A stretch of 64,000 nucleotides of DNA, from contig OZ242320.1 of NCBI GenBank assembly GCA_965208125.1, forward strand, positions 3,872,001 to 3,936,000, read 5' to 3'. The notes under the pieces were generated by a model that saw only the letters and a program-made list of their open reading frames with translations, made no database searches and had not been told where the DNA came from. The position numbers and the translations under genes were made by a program. How positions within the stretch are numbered: position 1 is the first letter of the stretch; each line of letters starts with the position of its first letter. Positions 27,892 to 37,594 of the stretch are shown one piece after another. This stretch comes from Candidatus Latescibacterota bacterium (GTDB lineage: Bacteria; Latescibacterota; UBA2968).

Positions 27892-29313
27892 TTAGGTCCC
27901 AATCTCGTCCAGCAACCTCACCGCCTCCTCCACGATCTTCTCCAGACACCCCGGCTCCACCTTCGCCCACTTCGCCGGCTTGTTACGAATCTCATGCCCG
28001 CCCCGCGGGTAACTGTGACGCGGGGCGATGTAGCCGGCGAAGTCGGTTGTGTTGTGGGCGACGAAAGTATAGGGGAAGGGCGACCGGACTTTGATCTCCA
28101 GTTGGCCTTCGACGAAGGGCTCGCCGGGGAGTCCGACGAGGGCGATGTCGCCGATGCGCAGGACTTGAATCTCATAGGCGAGCTCTGGGGAGCGCTCGCG
28201 CTCGCGCTCCACGCTCATCAGCATGGCCGCATCCATCCAATCGGCGTTCACGCGGCGAGGCGTACTATCTTCATCCCAGCGCGGCTCGGGGTGCTCGGCG
28301 AGGAGCTTCTCGGCGGCTGCGCGGTCGGCGGAATCGGCCTTCTTCAAGGGGAGCGGGACGAGCTTCACTCGTGCGTCCAGCGTGGCCTCTTCTTCGAAGG
28401 TGAGTGCACTGAGGATGTGCCGTGAGGTCTCGGCCAGCGCGCGCCCCATGCGCCGGTGGTCCGGGACGAAATCGGCGTGGAATGCGGGCCACGGGTTTAT
28501 GTTGCCGCAGCAACCGTTGAGCACCAGGGGAACGCACGTTTCACCGCATTCCTCCTGCATCCCGGCGCACCAAACGCCCGGCCAGTCCGGCGAGACGGTG
28601 TAGTGCTGCGTGGCGAACACATTGACCGGATGGCACGTGAAGTGAAGGAGCATAGCGCTCATCTTCATTTTCTCATTGCGCAGACACACCATCCCCACCT
28701 CGGGGTCCGTCGGACCTTCGAGGAAGGCGATGTCCGTGGGGCCCAGCGGCCTGGACGCCCTGGAGAACTGTCCCGGCATCACTATGCCCCCGTCGCGAGT
28801 TACTCCCCTCCGGTTAAAGGCCAGATCATCACGGACCGCCCGGCCAGCGCCGAGTTGGACCGGATGCAAGGCTTTGTCCGCGGCTTCAACGCACGAAAGG
28901 ATTTTGCCGACGGCGTACTCGCAGTACTCAGATTGGGAGCCGCGGAGGTACTCTAGTTCAGGCGGAATGTTGGGCAGCGCCTCGTCGATGACAAAGTTGC
29001 CGAGGGGCGGCGTGGAATGGGATTGCGGAAGATGTACCATGATGTCGTCGGGCGCGATTCCACAGCGGCGCTCAATGCCCTGGCGAATCTTCTGCGTCCA
29101 CGGAAGCGTGGCGATTTCCAGGTCTGGTTGGACGATACAGAGTTTCCGTGTGCGGGATTCCAGCACGAGAGCCCGGGTGTATAGCGGTTCCGCCACCGTG
29201 CGCGCATCGCGTAACACGCCCCACGTGCCGCCCAAGTGTGTGCCTGCGTTCGGCGTTATGTCAATCAGCGCACCGCCGGCCCGGAGGACATTGGGTCGGT
29301 CGGATGTAGTCAT
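27892..29313 (-). CDS. Neutral/alkaline ceramidase-fold amidohydrolase (QxH variant)
   Basis: IDITP, PQSHSTP, FNRRG, HFTCHP, DWPG, NGCCGNINP, PGEPF, GGHE; GAAGGAG RBS. Confidence 0.78.
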   Translation of the reverse strand: MTTSDRPNVLRAGGALIDITPNAGTHLGGTWGVLRDARTVAEPLYTRALVLESRTRKLCIVQPDLEIATLPWTQKIRQGIERRCGIAPDDIMVHLPQSHSTPPLGNFVIDEALPNIPPELEYLRGSQSEYCEYAVGKILSCVEAADKALHPVQLGAGRAVRDDLAFNRRGVTRDGGIVMPGQFSRASRPLGPTDIAFLEGPTDPEVGMVCLRNEKMKMSAMLLHFTCHPVNVFATQHYTVSPDWPGVWCAGMQEECGETCVPLVLNGCCGNINPWPAFHADFVPDHRRMGRALAETSRHILSALTFEEEATLDARVKLVPLPLKKADSADRAAAEKLLAEHPEPRWDEDSTPRRVNADWMDAAMLMSVERERERSPELAYEIQVLRIGDIALVGLPGEPFVEGQLEIKVRSPFPYTFVAHNTTDFAGYIAPRHSYPRGGHEIRNKPAKWAKVEPGCLEKIVEEAVRLLDEIGT

Positions 29314-29428
29314 AGCGTCTCCTTCTAAAACAAAAGAATCTGTCGGCTGATCAATGAGAAATTCTGCACGAACGATTCTCGCTGCATACAGTGCTAACGA
29401 TGGCGCTGGACACTATCTTCGAGAAGCA

Positions 29429-32371
29429 CTACTGACCGGACAACGCAAGGTTGCCCACTATCTTCCGGAATCGGTTTGCTGCCTCCTGTATGGTCTTTTC
29501 GGTACCGCCGAACATGAGCCTCACATGGTCTCCGGACCCGTACGGTCCGCCGGGCTCGACAGCGACGCCGTATTCTGAAAGCAGCGCTTCGGCAAATTCC
29601 GCGCTGGGAAGGCCGAGTCCGCGTATGTTCAGAAATAGAAATGGCGCTCCTGCCGGGACGGCAAAGGAAATCCCCGGTGCCCGGTCCATGCCCTCTATCA
29701 TCAGGTCACGGTACTGCTGGTACCGCCTGGCAATCTCGTGCACCCAGTCCTGCGGTCCCTCCAATGCCGCCTGCGCTGCCCGCTGGGCGATATGGCTGCA
29801 GGTGAGCACATTCCACTCAAGCACCTTCCGGCAAGCAGCTATCAGGTCCGGGGGCCCGACAATATACCCCAACCGCCACGGCTGCATCGCATAGCTCTTG
29901 GTAAAACTACACAATGTCAGTAGCCGGTCCCGGATCTCTGGAATGGAGGCCGCCCTCAAGTGCTTTCGCCCGTCATAGACCATCTTGTCGTAGCACTCGT
30001 CAGAGAGAATCAAGAGATTGTGCCTGAGGGCCAGCTCCGCGGCCGCCTCGAGATCTCTCTTTGACGCCACATATCCTGTCGGATTTCCGGGCGAATTCAG
30101 GATTACCATGCGGGTCCTTGACGAACAGGCCGCTTCCAGGGCCTCGAGGTCCCAGCGCCAGTTCTGTTCCTGGTGAGTCGGCACGCAGGCCGCGACGGCG
30201 CCGGCGAGGTGAAGCGGGCCGCCAAATTGAAATCCCGGACTGAACATCAGAACCTCATCGCCCGGCGCGAGCAGCGCCAGAAACGCGATGCTCATGGCAT
30301 GCATGGCGCCGTGCGTGATCAGGATCTCCGTATCCGAGTCCGGTCGGATCCCGTCATCGGTTTCCCATCTTGCCGCGATGGCTTTCCGAAGTTCGGGGAA
30401 GCCGTTGGAAGGAGCCATTGCATTCTCGCCTATGGCCTGTTCGGCGGCGGCCAGGACATGTTCCGGCGGCGGCCAGGCGGGCGAACCCTTGAGCGACAGG
30501 ACTTCGCTTCCCACGACATGGAACGAGGCGACGCGGTCCGCCATTTCCTTCGAGCTGACCCTGCCGGCCAGGGCCGCCCGACTCGGTATCCTGGAAAGGT
30601 CTTCTGCAGAGAGATCCGCCGATGCCCTATTTTCATGTTCGCCTGCTGCCAGCATCCTCTGCCGGGTCGTGGCTGTTGCCTCTTCATCCATACTCAGTGT
30701 TAGGGGGTCGATCACCACACCATAAACTTCCCTGGCCTGCTCGAGGCTGACCTTATCATTCCGTACATCTTCCAGGACCATTTGAGGATTCCGTTCCACA
30801 GGCGTGCCCCAGCCGCCGCCGCCTGCCTGAAGATGGCGCAGGATCTCTCCTTTCCTTAACACGATCGCTTCGCTTGGAAGCACAGGAAGAAGTGATTGGT
30901 TCGGACCGGAATAGAGAGTATTGCAGGTTGGAGACCCGGAAAGGCCGCCCTGTAGCCCGTACGGCCGATGCGCCCGTCGGTCCGATCGCATGCTCAAAAC
31001 GGCTTCCTCCGCGAGGATCCTGTATTCTCTCATGAGCGCCAACCCGCCCCGGTATTTTCCCGGTCCGCCGGAATCCATGACCAGGCCGTACTGCAATATC
31101 TCAATGGGGTGACGTGCTTCGATGAGTTCGACGGGCTGGTTAGATTGATTGGCGCCGGGATTGGGAACGCCTTCGGCGCCGTCGCGATCCGGCCGACCTC
31201 CTGAACAGCCGAGAACGGATTCTGTAAAGACAAATGGCTCGCCCTCGTGATAACCGCCAATCGAGGGAAACGTTGCGCCGCCCTCCCCTGCCGCTGGCAC
31301 ACGGTCCGGAACGGCCCCGGCCAGCGCGCCCAGAAGGGTGTCCAGCATCCGAAAGCCCGTAATCCCGCGGGTTGAGCAGGCGGCAGGCAGGACGGGGTTC
31401 ATAATCGTACCCTCCGGTGCGAGAACCCGGATGGGCCGCATATAACCCTCATTGTTGGGGATATCACGCCCTCCCAGACATCGGAAAGCAAGGTAGGATG
31501 CTGAGAGAGTCATCGGGAAGGGCGCATTAATGCCGCCTTTCACCTGCGGCGCGCTCCCGCTCCAGTCCACGACTGCCTCCTCGCCGGCAATCGTGATGGT
31601 CACCTGAAACCGGATCGGTTCCGGTTCGCTGCCCAGACCGTCGATGAAATCCGTGAACTCATAGCTGCCGTCTGGGATGGCCTGAATCTCTTCCCGCATC
31701 ATGCGTTCGGCGAGTTCGAGAAGTTGGTTGAGATAATGCCCCAGCGAATCCGATCCATATTTTTCCAGAAGCTGCATATAGGCCTGTTCAGCCTGGCGGC
31801 AGGCAGCGAGCTGGGCGCGCATATCGCCCGCGACTTCCACAGGTACCCTGACATTTTTTTCAATAAATTTGAATACCGTATCATTGGGTGTTCCCCGGTC
31901 GTAAAGTTTGACGAGTGGAATGCGGAGACCTTCCTGGTAAATCTCGGTGGAGAACGACGTATTGCTCCCGGGTGCGATCCCGCCAACGTCTGCATGGTGG
32001 ACAAGGGCAACCGCAAAGCCCTCCAGTACGCCAGCAAAAAATATGGGCAGGGTGAGATAGATATCCGGCAGATGCATGCCGCCGGCACCGTAAGGGTCAT
32101 TGGTAATAAACACGTCGTCCGCATGTATTCTGCCTTCATATGCCCGGGTGAGTTCTGCGATGGCCACGGGAAACGAGCCGAGATGCAGCGCGGTCGTGAG
32201 ACCCTGGGCGATCATTCTGCCTTTTGCGTCAAACAGCGCGGTGGAATAGTCCATGGAATCTCGCACCACTGATGAATAGGCACTGCGCATCAGCACAAGC
32301 GCCATTGTATCAGCGATCATTTCCAGGGCGTTGCGAATGACTTCAAGAGTTACAGGGTCTGTCTTGTTCAT
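29429..32371 (-). CDS. Hydantoinase B/oxoprolinase subunit fused to a C-terminal class I/II PLP aminotransferase (pair 3)
   Basis: N-terminal ~580 aa carry HyuB motifs (DPVTLEVIRNAL, NDPYGAGGMHLPD, GGPGKYRGG). C-terminal ~390 aa carry NSPGNPTG, SDECY, SFTKSYAMQPWRLGY, HVRL. Single uninterrupted frame; start ATG 32371 or GTG 32377. Confidence 0.88.
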   Translation of the reverse strand: MNKTDPVTLEVIRNALEMIADTMALVLMRSAYSSVVRDSMDYSTALFDAKGRMIAQGLTTALHLGSFPVAIAELTRAYEGRIHADDVFITNDPYGAGGMHLPDIYLTLPIFFAGVLEGFAVALVHHADVGGIAPGSNTSFSTEIYQEGLRIPLVKLYDRGTPNDTVFKFIEKNVRVPVEVAGDMRAQLAACRQAEQAYMQLLEKYGSDSLGHYLNQLLELAERMMREEIQAIPDGSYEFTDFIDGLGSEPEPIRFQVTITIAGEEAVVDWSGSAPQVKGGINAPFPMTLSASYLAFRCLGGRDIPNNEGYMRPIRVLAPEGTIMNPVLPAACSTRGITGFRMLDTLLGALAGAVPDRVPAAGEGGATFPSIGGYHEGEPFVFTESVLGCSGGRPDRDGAEGVPNPGANQSNQPVELIEARHPIEILQYGLVMDSGGPGKYRGGLALMREYRILAEEAVLSMRSDRRAHRPYGLQGGLSGSPTCNTLYSGPNQSLLPVLPSEAIVLRKGEILRHLQAGGGGWGTPVERNPQMVLEDVRNDKVSLEQAREVYGVVIDPLTLSMDEEATATTRQRMLAAGEHENRASADLSAEDLSRIPSRAALAGRVSSKEMADRVASFHVVGSEVLSLKGSPAWPPPEHVLAAAEQAIGENAMAPSNGFPELRKAIAARWETDDGIRPDSDTEILITHGAMHAMSIAFLALLAPGDEVLMFSPGFQFGGPLHLAGAVAACVPTHQEQNWRWDLEALEAACSSRTRMVILNSPGNPTGYVASKRDLEAAAELALRHNLLILSDECYDKMVYDGRKHLRAASIPEIRDRLLTLCSFTKSYAMQPWRLGYIVGPPDLIAACRKVLEWNVLTCSHIAQRAAQAALEGPQDWVHEIARRYQQYRDLMIEGMDRAPGISFAVPAGAPFLFLNIRGLGLPSAEFAEALLSEYGVAVEPGGPYGSGDHVRLMFGGTEKTIQEAANRFRKIVGNLALSGQ

Positions 32372-32392
32372 GTCCACTCTCTCACACCGTGG

Positions 32393-34501
32393 TCAGGCAT
32401 GTCGAAGAATGATGTTCTGGAAGCCGTCCAAAGATGCCTGCCAACCTGGCGGCACGACGGTGGTTGAGTCCAATTCTTCGATGATCAAAGGTCCTCCAGT
32501 GGGCGCAGCGCAGAGGGATTGCCGTGAACAAACCACGGTTTTCAGGTCATCGCCGTCCGGCCCGAAAAAGGTTCTTCTGCAGCCGTTTTTTACGACGTTC
32601 TCTTCCCGGTGATCCGCACGGAACAGGTCCCGGGGCTCATCCGCTCCGAACTCTCGAATGACGCTCGAGACAATCCTGAGGTTGACCAGTTCGATGGGGT
32701 CATGGTTTGCCCGGTGGCCGTAGGTCGTGAGGTGCTCCTGCTCGAATGCCTCCGCCAATGTCGTTAGTTCCCCGGGTCCAAGCGGAACGCCGGGTGCAGG
32801 CACGGTCAGCTCGGTGGTCTGGTTGACATAGCGCAAATCGGCAAGCCGCCGTACTCGAATCTGTTCGGGGCGATATCCTTCGGCAACGAGCGTCTCCACC
32901 GCCTGCGACTCGAGTTCGGTATAGAGCCGGTTCAAGTCTTCGGGCCTGACCTCTTCCAGTCTGCGACACCAGGTTCGGACGGATTCATGCTCGGGTTCGG
33001 ACACAAGCAGCCCGAAGGCACTGAACAGGCCGGGATGCGGCGGAATAATCACCTCTCGCATGCCCAGAGCCTGTGCAAGGGTTGTGGCTACGAGGGGCCC
33101 GCACCCTCCGAACGCCAACAGGGCGGCCTCACGCGGATCTCTTCCGCGATACGTAGAAACGGACTTCACGGCCCGAATCATGGTCGCACAGGCCAGTGTA
33201 AAAGCCCCAAAGGCGGCCTTCATCAGACATTGTTGCATCGGTCTGGCCACTTTCTCCTCGAATATCCTCCTCGCTTGATCTGTCTCCAGTTTCATCTTCC
33301 CGCAAAGCAGAGCATCGGGACTGAGATAGCCGAGAAGGACGGCGGCGTCCGTGAAGGTCGGCTCATCGCCTCCAAGCCCGTAGCAGACGGGCCCGGGGTC
33401 AGCGCCGGCACTTTCCGGCCCGACCCGGAGCCGGCCGTGCCGGTCAACCGAAACGATACTCCCGCCGCCGGCTCCGATCTCCGCGATATCGATGACAGGC
33501 AGCTTGAGCGCATATCCTGCGCCTTTGACCAGGCGGCTGCTCAGGTTGATACCGGCACCGACTTCATATTCGGAAGTCCGGGCAACGGTTCCGTTCTCAA
33601 CTATGGCGGTCTTGGCGGTTGTGCCGCCCATGTCCAGGGTAATCACGTTTGTGTAGCCTGCTTTGCCGGCCATCCAGGCTGCGGCCATCACCCCGGCCGC
33701 GGGTCCGGATTCAATCAGGTGGGCGGGCTTCTTCTGCGCCGAGTCGGCTGTCATCACTCCGCCCCCTGAATGCAGAACCTCCAGCGGCGCACGAATGCCC
33801 ATTGACTGGAGTTGTTCGCTCAGGGAATTCAGATATCGCTGCACGACCGGCCCGAGGTAGGCATTAATCACTGTCGTGCTCGTACGCTCATATTCGCGGA
33901 TTTCAGGAAGGACCTCGCAGGAGGCGGTGACAAATACATCGGGAAGCGACTCCCGGGCCGCGGCGACCGCCCGGAGTTCGTGCTCCGGGTTGGCATAGGA
34001 ATGGAGCAGACAGATCGCCAGTGCTTCGATCTCCTGCTGCTGCACGGTGTTCAGGACATTTTCCAGGGACACCTGCTGGAGAGGTTCCCGCACCCCGCCG
34101 CGAGAGTCCATTCGTTCATCCAATTCGAATCGCAGGCGGCGTGGAACAAGAGGACTGGGCGGGCTGTAAAAAAGGTTGTAAAGCTCGGGGATCCGAATTC
34201 GTCGCATCTCGAGAACGTCTCGGAATCCTTTTGTCGTGATCAGGGCAGTCCGGGCTCCCTTGCCTTCCAGGATCGCATTTGTGGCAACAGTCGTGGCATG
34301 TGCGATTCTCTCAATGGAAACCTCTGAAATCCGGCGATCTTCAATCAATTCGCGAAGCCCCTGAATGATACCCCGGGCGTAGTCCTCCGGCGTGGAAAGG
34401 ACCTTCCGGACAGCGAGCGAACCGTCACTGCCCAAGACAGCAATGTCGGTAAATGTTCCGCCGATATCGATGCCGATATGAGATGATGGCGGTGATATCA
34501 T
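32393..34501 (-). CDS. Hydantoinase A/oxoprolinase family subunit (pair 3)
   Basis: DIGGTFTD, HATT, ESGPAAG, DMGGTTAK, EIGAGGGSI; AGGAGG RBS. Confidence 0.92.
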   Translation of the reverse strand: MISPPSSHIGIDIGGTFTDIAVLGSDGSLAVRKVLSTPEDYARGIIQGLRELIEDRRISEVSIERIAHATTVATNAILEGKGARTALITTKGFRDVLEMRRIRIPELYNLFYSPPSPLVPRRLRFELDERMDSRGGVREPLQQVSLENVLNTVQQQEIEALAICLLHSYANPEHELRAVAAARESLPDVFVTASCEVLPEIREYERTSTTVINAYLGPVVQRYLNSLSEQLQSMGIRAPLEVLHSGGGVMTADSAQKKPAHLIESGPAAGVMAAAWMAGKAGYTNVITLDMGGTTAKTAIVENGTVARTSEYEVGAGINLSSRLVKGAGYALKLPVIDIAEIGAGGGSIVSVDRHGRLRVGPESAGADPGPVCYGLGGDEPTFTDAAVLLGYLSPDALLCGKMKLETDQARRIFEEKVARPMQQCLMKAAFGAFTLACATMIRAVKSVSTYRGRDPREAALLAFGGCGPLVATTLAQALGMREVIIPPHPGLFSAFGLLVSEPEHESVRTWCRRLEEVRPEDLNRLYTELESQAVETLVAEGYRPEQIRVRRLADLRYVNQTTELTVPAPGVPLGPGELTTLAEAFEQEHLTTYGHRANHDPIELVNLRIVSSVIREFGADEPRDLFRADHREENVVKNGCRRTFFGPDGDDLKTVVCSRQSLCAAPTGGPLIIEELDSTTVVPPGWQASLDGFQNIILRHA

Positions 34502-34611
34502 TTTCAGCCTCCTGATTCGGGCTCAGCTATCTTGATAGATTTGCATTTCTTCAGGCGTTAGCATAAACTCGGACTGAACGTTCAGCCGGTCCTTCATCCT
34601 CGGGACCGTCT

Positions 34612-37584
34612 TCACCACCTGATGGACACGGGCGTCAGCAGCCCGGCGGCCTGGCGTTCCCGTCGGGCCGTCGCGGCTTTCCCTTTCAGGAAGAGCTCAG
34701 GCTGGTTCAAACCCAATAGGTTCGTCGCGCAACTCGTGACCTCTAACTCGATCTCGTTCGGTCCCGGCAACACGAGATCGGTAAGGTCGAACGTGTAGGG
34801 GCGCCAGAGGCGCGGTGCGAGACGATGCCCGTTGACAATCAGTGCTGCCACTGCGGCGACCTCCTCTGCATGAGCCCAGACGCGGCCCCCCAGTGGCGGC
34901 AACTCGCATCGCCAGCGGTACCGTGCCGTGCCTGTGTAGTTTGGAAAGCCCGCCTCAGCCCATGACCCGGAGCCGAGACGCCCTCGTGTCTTGACCAGGC
35001 ACCCGTCGTCCACGCAGAAATCGCCGCGGATCGCTGTGAGTGGCGGCGTGTGAGGCCCATCCCATCCGGGTGTGCGGCTCCGGAACGTGACCACATTCTC
35101 GCCCGGCACGACCAGAGCACGGATGTCTGCCCGCAGGTTGCGCCAATCCCAGATCCGCGCCCACTCGAAGCCGGTGAGCGGACGTTCGTTGAGCTCGAGA
35201 TGAAACGCTTCGGTCAGATCCTCGGTCACGATCTCGACTGGCTCCGCACCTTCCTCGATTCGGAAGGTCCACTTGAGCTCATACTCGTCGCCGGGCTGAA
35301 CCGCACATGTGGCGGGGAAGTGCAGTCCGTCAAGGTACTGCCACTCCTCGGCATCGGACGTCCGGACCTGCCAGGCGGCGGCCAGTAAATTCGCCTCGAG
35401 GAGTGAGAACTCGGCCTCGCCCAACACCATCTCCTGCGTCCAGCTCTGCTCCGGTCCCCGGCTGGCGCAGCCCGGCCCGTCGGTCCGGGCTGCAATAAGC
35501 GTCTGGAACGGAGCTAGGTCAACGTTCGCGTCGATACTCCCGGCGTCCCCTGTTTCGGGATCAAGGACTGTGTTGACGTCAGCAGGCAAGGGCACGGACA
35601 CGCGCTCCGTTCCCTGGTTGTAGAGGAACAGCAGCGGCTCGCCGTCGAACACCCGCCGACTTGCCCGCACGGAGGACGGCATCTCGGGCAGGGCCCGGAA
35701 TTCGCGTGGAATGACGGCATCGAGGGCATTCCTCAGCGGGTCCCGGGCGTCGGGTGGCAGGTCGTTGCTCACGATCCAGGTCACGCGATCCCGGCCGAAG
35801 AGATGTGTGCCCGTCCCCTCCTGGAGTGCGGCGGCCGCTTCACGCCCCTCGTTGTCCGGCAGCGCCGAGAGATGATCGGTCACTCGTTTGAGGAGCGCGG
35901 GATCGCCTTCCGCCCAGCCGGGCACGCTGTTGACGAAGACCGTGCGTCCCCCGGCTTCCAGGAAACCTGCCAGCTTCTCTGCGATCTTCCGAGTCAGGCA
36001 AGTGACGTTTGGCAAGATCAGCAGTTCATACTCAGCCTCGGCGGTCAGAACGGTCCCACGGTCCACGTTCGCAGAAGCCAGGACGTCCTCGAAGAGGTAG
36101 TCGTAGTCGACTCCGAGTTCCAGGAGCAGGTTTGTCACAGCAAGGAAGGCTTGCTGCATCGCCTCGAAGGCGGGCGGTCCCGGGACTCCCCGGGCCAGGT
36201 CTTCCGCACTACCCGCCCACTCACAGAACGCTGTGGTGATCGGGTGCAGTACGGCGACCTTCCCGGTGGACCGTGACAGAGCCAGCGTTTGGCAGATACG
36301 CGCGACATAGTCGCCGAACGTCCGATAGAACGGCCAGAACGGATTCTGGTGGCCGTGTGAGGGTGGATACCCGCCCGGCAGCACCTTGCGCATGCCGGCG
36401 ATTGAGTAGTAGGCGCCCATGTACTGCAGGAGGTTGACACCGCCCAGGGAGAGCTTGTCGAAGATGATTTTCATCTGCTCGGGCGTGAGTTCCCAGCCGC
36501 TGCCCGTGTAGGTTTCGCAGAGCAGTCGGTCGCTTCCGAGCTGGCGGATGGCGGACCCCCCGCTCTTAGCGGCGACCATGAAGTGGTCGGCCTCGTGGTT
36601 CAGTCGAGGGAAGATGGCGTCGATCCCGGGGATGTCGAGCCAGCGGAGGCACCGGTAGAAATCTCCGAAGAAGAGAATGTTGTGGCGGAAAAGCTCCTCC
36701 CCCGAAAGGTGTCCCGTGAGCGTTAGCCCCTGCTCTCGGCACCACTCCGCGCACTGCCGGTAGTAGGCGCTCTCCAGGCGGTCGGTCAGGTAGTGCCAGT
36801 AGTCGCACCTGATTCTCCGGTAATCTCCCACGTTCGCCAGCAAGCTCGGGAGGTGCGCCGCGACGTCATAGCCATGGCGCTCAAGAAACGTTTCGCGCAT
36901 GCCATGAGTCCAGGGGAGAGGGCGCTCGGACTCGCCGTAGAAGCCGGCCAGGCAGTACGACACCTCATCCGTAAAGAGGCCGGCAATCGTCTTGCCCAGC
37001 TCTCCAGGGAAACGGCTACGGTAGGCTTCATGAGTGAGCTCGATGAATGCCCGTACCGTCTCCGGGTCGGAAACATCGCCGTAGCCCTCTTGCCCCCAGC
37101 AGAAGGGCGACCACTGCGCAAAAGGGCATACCCCATTCTGTGGCGTCTCGTGGAAGACGGTCGCTTTGCCCGATTCGTCCACGCATTGCCAGGCAGCGTG
37201 ATCGTCCTGGGGTTCATGCTCCGATGCCTGATCGTCGCTCGTCACCACGAGCATGCGACGATCAGGGTTGTCGCGGATCAGGTACCCGCCTGCGGAGCCG
37301 CTGGGCCAGTTGTATTCGTCATAGATCCAGAAGCGCATGCCGTGCTTCTTGGCCTCATCGACAGCCCAGCCGATGGCCTCGAACATTTCCTCGGACAGGT
37401 AATCGACCGGGAAACCGTACATGGGGTGGATGTAGAAATCGAGGATGCCTGCGTCCCTGAAGTCCCGTACCTGTCGGCGCACCTCGTCTTCCTCAAGCGG
37501 GGCGTTCCAGAACCACATGATGTGCGGACGGTAGTCGTCCCCAGGTGTGGCGAACTGCTTGATGAAGTCGTTGCTCAGGGGCAT
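34612..37584 (-). CDS. GH106-like (alpha-L-rhamnosidase-related) glycoside hydrolase
   Basis: WFWN..L...E..RQ, YDEYNWPSGSAGG, FTDE, LPWT, PGID, LCETY..SGW, and a C-terminal beta-sandwich (LW.PY.FD..GPN.IELEV); no signal peptide. Confidence 0.75.
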   Translation of the reverse strand: MPLSNDFIKQFATPGDDYRPHIMWFWNAPLEEDEVRRQVRDFRDAGILDFYIHPMYGFPVDYLSEEMFEAIGWAVDEAKKHGMRFWIYDEYNWPSGSAGGYLIRDNPDRRMLVVTSDDQASEHEPQDDHAAWQCVDESGKATVFHETPQNGVCPFAQWSPFCWGQEGYGDVSDPETVRAFIELTHEAYRSRFPGELGKTIAGLFTDEVSYCLAGFYGESERPLPWTHGMRETFLERHGYDVAAHLPSLLANVGDYRRIRCDYWHYLTDRLESAYYRQCAEWCREQGLTLTGHLSGEELFRHNILFFGDFYRCLRWLDIPGIDAIFPRLNHEADHFMVAAKSGGSAIRQLGSDRLLCETYTGSGWELTPEQMKIIFDKLSLGGVNLLQYMGAYYSIAGMRKVLPGGYPPSHGHQNPFWPFYRTFGDYVARICQTLALSRSTGKVAVLHPITTAFCEWAGSAEDLARGVPGPPAFEAMQQAFLAVTNLLLELGVDYDYLFEDVLASANVDRGTVLTAEAEYELLILPNVTCLTRKIAEKLAGFLEAGGRTVFVNSVPGWAEGDPALLKRVTDHLSALPDNEGREAAAALQEGTGTHLFGRDRVTWIVSNDLPPDARDPLRNALDAVIPREFRALPEMPSSVRASRRVFDGEPLLFLYNQGTERVSVPLPADVNTVLDPETGDAGSIDANVDLAPFQTLIAARTDGPGCASRGPEQSWTQEMVLGEAEFSLLEANLLAAAWQVRTSDAEEWQYLDGLHFPATCAVQPGDEYELKWTFRIEEGAEPVEIVTEDLTEAFHLELNERPLTGFEWARIWDWRNLRADIRALVVPGENVVTFRSRTPGWDGPHTPPLTAIRGDFCVDDGCLVKTRGRLGSGSWAEAGFPNYTGTARYRWRCELPPLGGRVWAHAEEVAAVAALIVNGHRLAPRLWRPYTFDLTDLVLPGPNEIELEVTSCATNLLGLNQPELFLKGKAATARRERQAAGLLTPVSIRW

Positions 37585-37594
37585 CTATCACCTC

